This document shows, one piece after another, positions 36,953 to 46,633 of a DNA stretch of 64,000 bases. The translations under genes were made by a program, and so were the position numbers. The stretch's first letter is position 1; each line of letters starts with the position of its first letter. The notes beneath the pieces were generated by a model. The model had not been told where the DNA came from. It ran no database searches and saw only the letters and a program-made list of their open reading frames with translations. Origin of the DNA: an uncultured Bacteroidales bacterium (GTDB taxonomy: Bacteria; Bacteroidota; Bacteroidia; Bacteroidales; Paludibacteraceae); contig CAMIZK010000001.1 of the NCBI GenBank assembly GCA_946403315.1, positions 1,588-65,587 of the forward strand. The letters run 5' to 3'.

Positions 36953-39900
36953 TTAATACAGCATAATTTTACCGGAACTGAGTCGTGTCTTCTCATCGGC
37001 AAAGAAACAATAGATATACGGCTGACCCGGTATCACATCGATCAACAGACCGGAACGGGTATCCGTCACATCGTTCAGATGTTGCTGCATGTCTGCGCCC
37101 TGAATGATCTGTGCATCATTCGGGTTTGCAACCGGTACTCGGTCATAGAATACCATATGTCCGTACTGGTCGTAGAGGGCGATAGTCACACCCTGACGAA
37201 CGGTAGCCGCCAGAATCTGGCACGAACCCTGTACGCGTTTGAGCAGCACGTCGGCGGAGGTCACCTGCTCACCCGGTTTGATATCCGAGATCGCAAAGTC
37301 AATATAGTAATACCGCTCGCTTCCGTCAGCTGCCGTACAAATGATGGCACAAGTATCACCAATTACCACACGACCCAGATCGACTTCCGCATTCTCCGAA
37401 CGTGCTTCCGCATTAATCTCCGGTACCGCACCACCTTCTAATATATAATAGGTGTAGAACGTGGTCTCCGGATCAAAGTCAGCCAGCATATTTCCATCCA
37501 CTGTGATCCATGCCAAAGCATTGTCACCGTCTTGCGCCGTGATCTGACTGATCAGATAGGTGCAGGATGTATATCCGTCTTGCGCCACAACCACGATATT
37601 GATCACGCCGTCTGCATCGGTATAGATCGTATCTACGGCCAGGCTGTCGCTTAAGGTATAAGTCACAGTCTCCTGCGTGAAGTAAGCCGCACTGTCTGTT
37701 CCGTACGGATGCGCATACACATATTCGGTCTTCGTCGGACGGAAGTCCGCAAACTCCTCACCATTCATTGCCAGCGAGATCAACAAGGCGTCAGACGGTT
37801 TGACGAAATGGAAAGTGATCGTATAGATCGCCTGATCCTCACCGTTCGGTGCCGTCACCGTCACATCGATCTGCACATCGCCGTTCGGCAGGTAATGCAA
37901 GGTCGTATCCGCCTGCTGCTCCTCGTCGTAATAAACCGGAGTGATCGTCGGCAACTGCGCCTCTAAGCTCTGCTCCTTGTCGTATTGCAGGTTCACCAGA
38001 TAACTGTACACCTCCGGACGATACGGGAATTGCGACGTCGGATAGGTCGTTCCGTCCGCATCCGTCAGCACGATGTCACGCAACGTGGTGTTAGCCGATT
38101 TGAGGCGCTCAAACGTCATCTTATAGGTACTCTGATAATTAATATCTTCCGCCGTCACATAAACCAGCACCGTATCTTCTACCACTTGGATCTCGTACAC
38201 TTGTGCTTCCTCTTTCTTGATCACGGAAACTACCGGAACAGATGCTTCTTTCTCGATCTCCACCTTGTAGTTGAAGCGCTCCGAATCGAAGTAAGCCAAC
38301 GGTTTACCACCTAAGTTAATCATGTTCAGCGTCGCTACCGTGGACAGTTCCACCGGATAATGGATCGTGTACAGACGCGTCTTACCGGTAGCTGCCGTCA
38401 CGGTGATGATGGATTTGTAACCGAGCGACTTACCGCTTAACGAGTCTTCCGGCATCTGGGAAACAAGCACCGTCTGATAGTCGTCACCGGCGATGTATTC
38501 CACGTTCGGCATCTGACCGTTCAGCTCTGCGGCATATTCCGCACTGAGGGTCACGTAATAGTCTGTCGTAGCCGGCGCAAAGTTCGCCAATTGCTTTTGA
38601 TCCACAAAGATCATCTGCAGGTAATCCACATCGGATTTGTCGATGGTATACGAAACGGTGTACGTATTCTTCTTGCCGCTCTCCGAGGTGACGTAGATCT
38701 GACGAATGAGCGTGTTCGTGGTGTGCTCCACGGTATCCATATAAATGGTCTGCCAGTCGTCTTGTTCCTGCCAACTCAGATCCGGGAAAGCGATGGTACC
38801 TACCGGTAAGGAGAGTGCATAATACATTGTGCTCGCATCAAAGCCCTCCAAAGCCTGACCGTCCTGATAGATCATGTTCAGCTGATCGGCATCGGACTGC
38901 GTGAGGTGGAATACCACTACATAGGTATTCTCCCGAACCGTCGGATCTTCTGCCTGCACCTTGATGGTAGCCTGCAGTTTGTCGGTATCGATCTCGATGG
39001 ATTGGATCACCTGACCGGCTTCCGCTTTCTGCGCAGCCACTTCCGGCATCGCGTGTATACCTACCGGCAGATCTACCTGGTAGAAGTAATACGCCGGATC
39101 AAAACTGTCCAACGAGTCTCCATCCAGGAAGATCATACTCAGGTCAGCATTCTTCGACAACGGCACGGTAAACTTCAGCGTGTACGTATTAAGCGTTCCG
39201 TCCACGGCACGTACATCCAGCAATATCGAATCCGGACGATGAAGGATCTCTACCGTCTGACCGTCCATCTTGAGTTGTGCACTCACTTCCGGCAGCACGG
39301 TCGTGCCGGACGGCAGATGGATCTCGTAGTTGTTATTACCGCCGTTAAATGCCAGGTCGGCATTCAGTGCATGCTCAAACGTATCCATCGTCTGACCGTT
39401 CAGCAGGATATTCGCCAACTGCGCGTCGTTCGATTTGTTCTCGATGTAAATCATCACCTCGTACTTGGAATGGTCACCGTTCTCTGCCGTCACCTGTAAT
39501 GTATATTTGTACTGGTGGTTCTCCTGGATCGTTTCGATCTCCGTCGTCACGGTCTGGAAGCGGTCATCGGAAGTATAATCGATCTCGATAGAGGAAGAAC
39601 GAATGGACTGCGAATAGAAATGGCGTCCGGCTTCAAACTGCTCCACCGGTTCACCGTTCACCATGATACCCGTCAGATCCACACAACTGCTCTTGGCGGC
39701 TGAGATAGTGATGGTATAGGTGTTATCGCTTCCGTCGCCTGCCTGTACATACAGTTCGGTAGCCGAACCGTTGAGTTCACCGGTAGTCAAGGTCACGTGT
39801 TGCTCTTCGTCACCTACCACATACGTGATCGACGGCATCGTCGGTATAGCCGTCTTCACCGCCGGAACCGGCAGCTCAACGGTATAGTCAAACGTGGTCG

Positions 39901-42900
39901 GAACAAAACCATCCAATGCCACACCATCCAGCAGAATCGCCGACAAAGTAGCATTATGGCTCTTCGGACGACGAATGGTTACTTGATAGGTCTTAGTGGT
40001 ACTGTCTTCTGCCGTCACTGTCGCCGTATAAACAACCACTTCTCCTGCCGCCGTCGCTTGATTGGTCACAATGGTCTGAACGCTCTCTGCCTCCACTGCT
40101 TTGATGACAAACTCACCGTCCAACTCGATTGTATATTGGGTATCCGACGCACTGAATTCAGTATATGGTTCACCGTTAATCAGGATATTCGCCAGGTTCG
40201 CATTACCGCTCTTCTCCGTCGGATAGGTCAGCACGTAGGTATGATTGGTATTTCCAAATACTTGCCATTCCATGTGATCCGGCGCCTGGATATATACCAC
40301 CGAGTCCTTATCGAACTTACGCTCAAACAAGATCGCCTGAGTCGGTTTAGCCTCCGTTGCGGAATAGGTGTCGCCACCTAATGCCTGCCAAGGCGTACCG
40401 TTCTTCGTGAACTCCTTGATCTGACCGTTCGTCGTGATCGTCGGATCAATACGGTGGATCGTGTACGTCTGTTGGGTCACACCGTCCTGAGCAGTTACGG
40501 TGAATACCGCACCGTCTTTGGTATAATCGATATCGACTAACTGACCCTCTTTCTTGATGATCTCCACGATCGGCATAGTCGTTGCTTCTACGGAGTAGAT
40601 CAGCTGACCGGCATCTACCGTGTTGAGCGTACCGCTTTCCAAGGACCAGCTCTCCGGTTCGGCATCGTTGCTCTTGGTCTCACGGAATACATAGACGGTC
40701 GTTTTCTCACTGCCGTTCTCTGCGGCCACTTTCACCGTCACCGCATTACCGTTCTTGCTCATCGTGATCAACTGATGGATACTCTCCGGCGTGACGGTCA
40801 TACCCGGTAACTGCTTCGTACCGTACGGCAGTGCCACAAAGACGGTGTCGTCCTTGGTGGTGGTTGCATACGAACCGAAAGCAGCGGTGTAATCGAGTGT
40901 TGTCACCGGTGTACGTTTGAGCACCACCGTATAAACAGTACTATCCTTGGCGTTCTCACCGTAGTTAACCACTTTCGCTTGCAATTCTCCGTTAATCCAT
41001 TCGCCGTTATTGAGCCACTCGATAGTTTGCATTTGATCATGAACCTTACCGGTGAACTTCAGTTCCGGCAAACCTAAGATCACTTCATTCGCACCTAAGG
41101 TGTACGTAAACGTGTTACCGCTCTTCGTCGCCGATTGACCGTTCACCTTCACACCCGTCAACTCGGAGTTATAGACGAAATGAATATTGTTATAGATCAC
41201 ACTGGACTCGTAGATTGTTGTTCCGTTGAATTTAGACGAGTTCTCTTGATCGCAGGACGACAGCATCACATTGAATTTCGACACTGCGTTGGTAGGCAAA
41301 GTGATCGGTACATTCACCGTCTGCCACGTGTTGAGAGACGAGAAATCACCGGTATAACTGCTTTCTTTGTAATTCGATCCGTCCGACATCGTCAGCCACA
41401 TCTTCCAGTTGGTGATGTTATTAGTGGACAGCGGTTTGGCTTCAAACGCCAAGGATTCCGGAGTATTTTTGAAGTTCGTACCGGTAGAAGCATTCTTACC
41501 GACAGATGAAGATGTTTTTCCTGTACTACCTAAAGAAAGACTCATAGTACCCAGAGTCATTTGTCCGGATACGGAACAGTTCATCGGAGCGCCGCGTAAA
41601 GTAGAGAGCAGTACACCGTTCGAACCGGACGGAACAACCTCCATTCCAGTCGAATAGGTGAAGTCAATGCCCATGATACCCCACGTATATCCGTCGTCGC
41701 AGTCGGCCGGCACTTTCCAAAGCGAAGAGGGTTTATAGCCGTTTCCTTGTGCTGCCTTAGTCCAGTCCACCGTGAAATCAAAGATATTATCATAGTTGGT
41801 ATAATACCAACATACACTGTACGTCTCGCCGTTCGCTACCGTCAGCGTCACTTGCTTCTTCTTGTTATCCAAATTGGAAACCGTCACGTTAGCATTGCCG
41901 TAAGCCGTACCTGCGAAATCGGATTTGGCAGGCTGTCCCGTCACTTTGACGATGTAGTTATATACATCCGGACGGAAATTGGGTACCGTCACGCCTTTGA
42001 AGGTCAGGTTCTGCAACTTACCTGCGGTCTCATATGCCGGCATCTTAGGTACGACGGTATAGGTCACGTCGGACTCCCCTGCCCGGTTGGCGGCAGCAAT
42101 CACCGTTGCTCCGCGACGGATACCTCCGTTGTAGAAATAAACGGTTTGTTCGTTATAGTTCTTCTCCACATTTGTCACCTCAAAACTCTTGGCGCCGAAC
42201 GGCAGGTTCACGATGTTCTCACCCGCTACCGGTTGCAGTTCACCATTCACCGTAGCACCCGAAGCGTTCGTGTACGAATAAGCGATATGCTTGATCTTGT
42301 TCTCGCCTTCCGGAACGGCTACGTTGTAACGGATCGAATAGGTGCGGCTGTTCGTACCCTTCTCGTTGGTCACGATGATCTTCGTCTCACCCGTCAGCGG
42401 TGCTTCGATATAATGAACCGTCTGACCGGCTTGCGCCTTATACACCACGTCGTACGGTTCTACCTGCTCAAACGGCACGTTGAACGTGAACTCCGTCGTG
42501 TTCACATCTTTGGCTTCACCGTCTATCATCAGGGTTTGTAACTGCGTGTCATCCGATAACTCAACCGGGAAAGCAATCGTATAGTCTCCTTCCGAACCGT
42601 CTTGGGCTACCACATGAATCCGGGCCACTCCGTTGGGACGGCAGAAATAGGTTGTTACCGTCTGGTTGTCCGATTGCGGCACCGCGTTGATATTCGGAAT
42701 CACCTTCGCATCACGCGGCAAAGCGATGCTGTAGTTCGTCTTGTCGGCACGGAAACCATCCATCGACACACCGTCGATAAGAATGTCCGCCAACTGTACA
42801 TTATTACTTTTAACACGCGTGTACTCGATCGTGTAGATGTTCTGCGCTCCATTCTCGGCTTGTACCAGCACATGCTGCGTCGAGTCATTCTCCGCATAAA

Positions 42901-45900
42901 CCATCACTGCCTGACCGGGTTCCGGTACAGCAGTCACGTTCGGTAAGGCAGCACCTTCCGGTACCACAAATCCGCTGTAGTTATTCCGGGTCTTGCTATA
43001 GTTCAAGTCGTATCCTTCGATTGCCAGATCCTGCAGCGTCGCATCCGCATGCAGTGCGATAGTATAGGTCACGGTGTACGTCGCTTGACTTCCGTCTTCG
43101 GCAGCTACCGTAATACCGAATGTACCTGTTTCCAGCTGACCGCAGAAGATCACCTGCGTGTTCTCTTTCGCCAGATACGAGATCGCCGGATATGCACTGC
43201 CTGCCGGTAAATCATAAGCGTACGTCAACTGACCGGCATCAAAACCGTCTATCAGCGCACCGTCTGCATAGATCGCTTCCAGCGCTTTGTCCGACGAATA
43301 GAGACGGGTGAACGAGACGCTGTACGATGCTTTCTCACCCTCGTCGTTGGTCACATACACCCATGCCACGTCGCCTTTCCATAACACATTCACATGCTGC
43401 GATGCGTCTGCGGCAATACCTTCTACCGTCGGACGAACGCTCCTATACGTTGCCTCATAGGTCATCTGCGTCGGTGCAAAACCGGCGATGCTCACGCCGT
43501 TCACTAACAAGTCTTGCAACTGCACCGCCGTCGAGGCTACCGGCACAAACGTGATGGTGTACGTGTTGGCAGCACCTTCTTCCGGCAGCACCTTGATGGT
43601 AGCCACGCCGGCTGCGTACGGTGCCGTGATCGTCACCTGCTGACCGGCGGCTTTATCCACCGTGATTGCCGGACAGGTCTCACCCGGTAAAGTCAGGATA
43701 TATGTCAACGAATCCGAACGGAAACCGTCCAGTTCCACGCCGTCCAAGTAAATCATCTCTAAGAACGCGTTCTGCGATACCTGCACGATGAACGTGATCG
43801 TATATTCGCGTTTGGCACCGCTCTCGGCCGTCACCGTTATCTTCTGCACCTTGCCTTCTAATACACTCAGTACCCGTTGGCTCGCCTCGGCCTTGTCGTA
43901 CGTCACCGTCGGAATAGCACTCACGCCTTCCGGCAGATGATACTCATATGCGGTAGTCTGAGGATCAAAACCGTCCAAGGCTACCCCGCCCACGTAGATC
44001 ATGTTCAGGTTCACGTTCGTGCTGGTAGCTACCGAGAAATGGAGGATATACGTGCGGCTGGCACCACTCTGGGGACGAACCGTGATCTTGTAATCACCCG
44101 TCAGACCGCTGATCGTACGTACCGTCGCGGTCTGGAAGTTCTCGTTCTGCAGCGTATAGGTTACTTCCGGTAAAACGGTTGTTCCCTGCGGCAGGTTGAT
44201 ATAGTATTCCTCCGTCTGAGGATCAAAAGCAATATCGTATCCGGCTACACTCAGGTTCGCTAAGGTGTTATCCGTGTACGTCGTTACCGAGAAAGCAATC
44301 TGGTAGATCGTCGTGCTTCCGTCACCGGCAGTGACCGTGATACGGGTCTTACCGTTCAAACCTGCCGTCGTGATGCTGTAGGTCTGCCATTCGTCGCCGA
44401 GAACCGGTTCTATCGTCGGCAGTTCGGTCGTTCCTACCGGTAACGGATAGGCATACGACGTCTGATCCGGATTAAATCCTTCGATCGCTACTCCGCCGAT
44501 GAGGATTCCGTTCAGCGTCGAGCGGTCGGATTTCTCCGTGGAGAACACGATCTTATACACCGTCTGGTCTCCGTTGCCTGCCGTCACCGTGATACGTACC
44601 GTTCCGTCCAACGCACCATCCGGCAGGTCGGTCTTCTCGATCGTCTGGTAGTCATCGCCCTTGATCCAGGTGATCGCCGGCAAAGCGGTTGTACCTAACG
44701 GCATGTTCACGTAATAGGTCGTGTTCATCGGATCGAAGGTCGTGATATAGTCACCTGCCGACAGGTTCTGCAGATAGGTGTACGAAGAAGCCTCCAGACG
44801 GAAGTTCAGTTTATACACTTTCGCTACCGTATTCCCCGGCGTGGTCACGCTTACCGTGTAGGTTCCGCCGTCAATGATCGACGGTGCCTTATAGACGATC
44901 GTCTGCTCCCCTGCCGGATAAGCCGAAACACCCTCCACCGTCGGCATGGTGGTCGTGTTGGTAGGCAGCGACACCTTATATACCGCCTGCGAAGGTGTGA
45001 AACCCGGTATCGATTTTCCGTTCACCTTGATATCCTGCAGCGTGTTATCCGCTAACAGTCCCACTTTGAACGTGATGTTATACGTCGCTTTACCGGTTCC
45101 GTTAGCCGCCGTCACGTTGACGGTTGCTTTACCCGTCAGCGAAGCAGCCTGCGTGATCGTGTAGGTCTGTTCATCTTCCTGCTTCTCCGCATCCACTACC
45201 GGCACACCTTGCGCACCGTACGGTAGCTCTACCGTGTAGTTATAGGTACTCGGACTGAAATTCGAGATAGCGGCCTGTTGCTGATTGCCGTGGATATCCG
45301 TGTAAGAATAATAGATGTTCGCCAACTTGGCATTACTGCTCTTCTCGGCTTGGAACAGGATCTGATAGGTTGTGGTACTGCTGCCGTCTTCGGCACGCAC
45401 CACGATCGTGGTCGGTGTTCCGCCTACGGTACCGTTGGTGATCGTGATCTCGCTGCCTTGCAACTTACGACCCGGGAAGGACTTCGTCGTTCCTCGAGCA
45501 TTGGTCAATGAACCGGCACCGCGGAATGCCTCCACAGACGGAACGGCCGTCGTACCTTCCGGTACCGAATAGACCTGCACACCCGTGTTGTCGGGATCAA
45601 AACCCTTCCATTCCTTACCGCCCACACGCAGGGTCTGGATCTTGGAGGAATAGATCAAATTCACATCATCCACGTACAGTGAGTTGCCTTCATACAAACC
45701 GTCGTTGGCACGGAAGTTCGGATAGTTGGACGCCGAGAAGATCATGTTCATGTACTTCGGCGTGTTGTCGTTGAAGTAATAGATCGGCACTTTGATGTTC
45801 GTCCAGTTGCCGTAGTTGGCGCGTTCACGCCACATACCTTCGCATACCTGGTCACCGGCTACCGTCGTCTTACATTCGTTTCCGTTCATGGCGATACGGA

Positions 45901-46447
45901 TATCCGACTCCTCGTTGGTCTCGGAGTGGGAAGTACACTGGGTGTTCTTTCCCTTATAGGACGTACCCTGCGCTTGTTTCTCCCATGCGTAATACAAGAG
46001 GTAAAAATCCTCTTTGTCCCAATTGCTTCCCGTACGCTTGATCCATACCGACATCGTATCCGGACGATGGGTCCAACTCTGGCCGCCCGACGTACCGGCT
46101 GTCGCCTGGTTGATAGCCGTGATACTCGGCAAGTAGGCCCAAGGCTGACCGATCGCAAAATAACCCGGACTGGTCTCCGTGATACCCATGGCCCCCACCG
46201 ACTGATCCTGTACCATCAGACAGTAACCGCCGTTATGACCGCTCTCCTTATGGGCAAAGTTAAACTTCATACCCACCTGCTCCACGTTCGACGCATTCCA
46301 TCCTTTCGGCTGCGGCTCGCCGCTGAAAGCAGCTCCGGACCAATCCTCAAAATTAGCGTTGGTCACCTGATACGAGTCTGCCCACACGGCCAAAGGCATG
46401 CCGATAAGGACCAAAGAGACTAATACCTTACGTAAAAATGTACTCAT
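36953..46447 (-). CDS. Giant (3164 aa) secreted surface protein with two PCMD-like domains, roughly 25-30 cadherin-like beta-sandwich repeats and a T9SS-type C-terminal domain
   Basis: The signal peptide is MSTFLRKVLVSLVLIGMPLAVWA. The N-terminal segment (YQVTNANFEDWSG...PKGWNASNVEQ) is PCMD-like. A module of about 90 aa recurs, of the form L..I.V.G..I.GF.P....Y...LP.GT...P.V........Q...I.........I.VTAEDG....Y.I.F. A second PCMD-like domain lies mid-protein. The C-terminal roughly 90 aa (VTIALYDQYGHMVFY...SSGKIMLY) resemble a T9SS sorting domain. Confidence 0.75.
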   Translation of the reverse strand: MSTFLRKVLVSLVLIGMPLAVWADSYQVTNANFEDWSGAAFSGEPQPKGWNASNVEQVGMKFNFAHKESGHNGGYCLMVQDQSVGAMGITETSPGYFAIGQPWAYLPSITAINQATAGTSGGQSWTHRPDTMSVWIKRTGSNWDKEDFYLLYYAWEKQAQGTSYKGKNTQCTSHSETNEESDIRIAMNGNECKTTVAGDQVCEGMWRERANYGNWTNIKVPIYYFNDNTPKYMNMIFSASNYPNFRANDGLYEGNSLYVDDVNLIYSSKIQTLRVGGKEWKGFDPDNTGVQVYSVPEGTTAVPSVEAFRGAGSLTNARGTTKSFPGRKLQGSEITITNGTVGGTPTTIVVRAEDGSSTTTYQILFQAEKSSNAKLANIYYSYTDIHGNQQQAAISNFSPSTYNYTVELPYGAQGVPVVDAEKQEDEQTYTITQAASLTGKATVNVTAANGTGKATYNITFKVGLLADNTLQDIKVNGKSIPGFTPSQAVYKVSLPTNTTTMPTVEGVSAYPAGEQTIVYKAPSIIDGGTYTVSVTTPGNTVAKVYKLNFRLEASSYTYLQNLSAGDYITTFDPMNTTYYVNMPLGTTALPAITWIKGDDYQTIEKTDLPDGALDGTVRITVTAGNGDQTVYKIVFSTEKSDRSTLNGILIGGVAIEGFNPDQTSYAYPLPVGTTELPTIEPVLGDEWQTYSITTAGLNGKTRITVTAGDGSTTIYQIAFSVTTYTDNTLANLSVAGYDIAFDPQTEEYYINLPQGTTVLPEVTYTLQNENFQTATVRTISGLTGDYKITVRPQSGASRTYILHFSVATSTNVNLNMIYVGGVALDGFDPQTTAYEYHLPEGVSAIPTVTYDKAEASQRVLSVLEGKVQKITVTAESGAKREYTITFIVQVSQNAFLEMIYLDGVELDGFRSDSLTYILTLPGETCPAITVDKAAGQQVTITAPYAAGVATIKVLPEEGAANTYTITFVPVASTAVQLQDLLVNGVSIAGFAPTQMTYEATYRSVRPTVEGIAADASQHVNVLWKGDVAWVYVTNDEGEKASYSVSFTRLYSSDKALEAIYADGALIDGFDAGQLTYAYDLPAGSAYPAISYLAKENTQVIFCGQLETGTFGITVAAEDGSQATYTVTYTIALHADATLQDLAIEGYDLNYSKTRNNYSGFVVPEGAALPNVTAVPEPGQAVMVYAENDSTQHVLVQAENGAQNIYTIEYTRVKSNNVQLADILIDGVSMDGFRADKTNYSIALPRDAKVIPNINAVPQSDNQTVTTYFCRPNGVARIHVVAQDGSEGDYTIAFPVELSDDTQLQTLMIDGEAKDVNTTEFTFNVPFEQVEPYDVVYKAQAGQTVHYIEAPLTGETKIIVTNEKGTNSRTYSIRYNVAVPEGENKIKHIAYSYTNASGATVNGELQPVAGENIVNLPFGAKSFEVTNVEKNYNEQTVYFYNGGIRRGATVIAAANRAGESDVTYTVVPKMPAYETAGKLQNLTFKGVTVPNFRPDVYNYIVKVTGQPAKSDFAGTAYGNANVTVSNLDNKKKQVTLTVANGETYSVCWYYTNYDNIFDFTVDWTKAAQGNGYKPSSLWKVPADCDDGYTWGIMGIDFTYSTGMEVVPSGSNGVLLSTLRGAPMNCSVSGQMTLGTMSLSLGSTGKTSSSVGKNASTGTNFKNTPESLAFEAKPLSTNNITNWKMWLTMSDGSNYKESSYTGDFSSLNTWQTVNVPITLPTNAVSKFNVMLSSCDQENSSKFNGTTIYESSVIYNNIHFVYNSELTGVKVNGQSATKSGNTFTYTLGANEVILGLPELKFTGKVHDQMQTIEWLNNGEWINGELQAKVVNYGENAKDSTVYTVVLKRTPVTTLDYTAAFGSYATTTKDDTVFVALPYGTKQLPGMTVTPESIHQLITMSKNGNAVTVKVAAENGSEKTTVYVFRETKSNDAEPESWSLESGTLNTVDAGQLIYSVEATTMPIVEIIKKEGQLVDIDYTKDGAVFTVTAQDGVTQQTYTIHRIDPTITTNGQIKEFTKNGTPWQALGGDTYSATEAKPTQAILFERKFDKDSVVYIQAPDHMEWQVFGNTNHTYVLTYPTEKSGNANLANILINGEPYTEFSASDTQYTIELDGEFVIKAVEAESVQTIVTNQATAAGEVVVYTATVTAEDSTTKTYQVTIRRPKSHNATLSAILLDGVALDGFVPTTFDYTVELPVPAVKTAIPTMPSITYVVGDEEQHVTLTTGELNGSATELYVQAGDGSDNTYTITISAAKSSCVDLTGIMVNGEPVEQFEAGRHFYSQSIRSSSIEIDYTSDDRFQTVTTEIETIQENHQYKYTLQVTAENGDHSKYEVMIYIENKSNDAQLANILLNGQTMDTFEHALNADLAFNGGNNNYEIHLPSGTTVLPEVSAQLKMDGQTVEILHRPDSILLDVRAVDGTLNTYTLKFTVPLSKNADLSMIFLDGDSLDSFDPAYYFYQVDLPVGIHAMPEVAAQKAEAGQVIQSIEIDTDKLQATIKVQAEDPTVRENTYVVVFHLTQSDADQLNMIYQDGQALEGFDASTMYYALSLPVGTIAFPDLSWQEQDDWQTIYMDTVEHTTNTLIRQIYVTSESGKKNTYTVSYTIDKSDVDYLQMIFVDQKQLANFAPATTDYYVTLSAEYAAELNGQMPNVEYIAGDDYQTVLVSQMPEDSLSGKSLGYKSIITVTAATGKTRLYTIHYPVELSTVATLNMINLGGKPLAYFDSERFNYKVEIEKEASVPVVSVIKKEEAQVYEIQVVEDTVLVYVTAEDINYQSTYKMTFERLKSANTTLRDIVLTDADGTTYPTSQFPYRPEVYSYLVNLQYDKEQSLEAQLPTITPVYYDEEQQADTTLHYLPNGDVQIDVTVTAPNGEDQAIYTITFHFVKPSDALLISLAMNGEEFADFRPTKTEYVYAHPYGTDSAAYFTQETVTYTLSDSLAVDTIYTDADGVINIVVVAQDGYTSCTYLISQITAQDGDNALAWITVDGNMLADFDPETTFYTYYILEGGAVPEINAEARSENAEVDLGRVVIGDTCAIICTAADGSERYYYIDFAISDIKPGEQVTSADVLLKRVQGSCQILAATVRQGVTIALYDQYGHMVFYDRVPVANPNDAQIIQGADMQQHLNDVTDTRSGLLIDVIPGQPYIYCFFADEKTRLSSGKIMLY

Positions 46448-46511
46448 TTTAATATTTTTATTAAATTTATTACGTTTTTAGGCCCCAAAAGGGCGCATTT
46501 TTTATCGGGTG

Positions 46512-46543
46512 CAAAATTACTGCTTTTTTGTCAACCCCACAAT
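46512..46543 (-). promoter_or_regulatory. Probable promoter of the giant surface-protein gene
   Basis: Sense strand: aTTGtggggttgacaaaaaagcag-TAATTTTG, with 20-nt spacing. The AAAAAAGCAGTAnnTTTG block is the same as in three other promoters. The ATG lies about 65 nt downstream. Confidence 0.6.
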
Positions 46544-46633
46544 AGCGATTATTATGAAAAAGTACACGATTATTAAGCACCACTCTAAAGAGTGTTGCTA
46601 AATAGAGTTTACAAAATATCCGATTTTTAAGAT

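Noticed and set aside
36953-46447. The idea that the giant repeat gene contains recombinogenic identical DNA repeats or phase-variation cassettes.
   Set aside because: The repetition is visible at protein level only. I did not notice long identical DNA segments or flanking invertase or recombinase genes. This would need a dot-plot to exclude formally.
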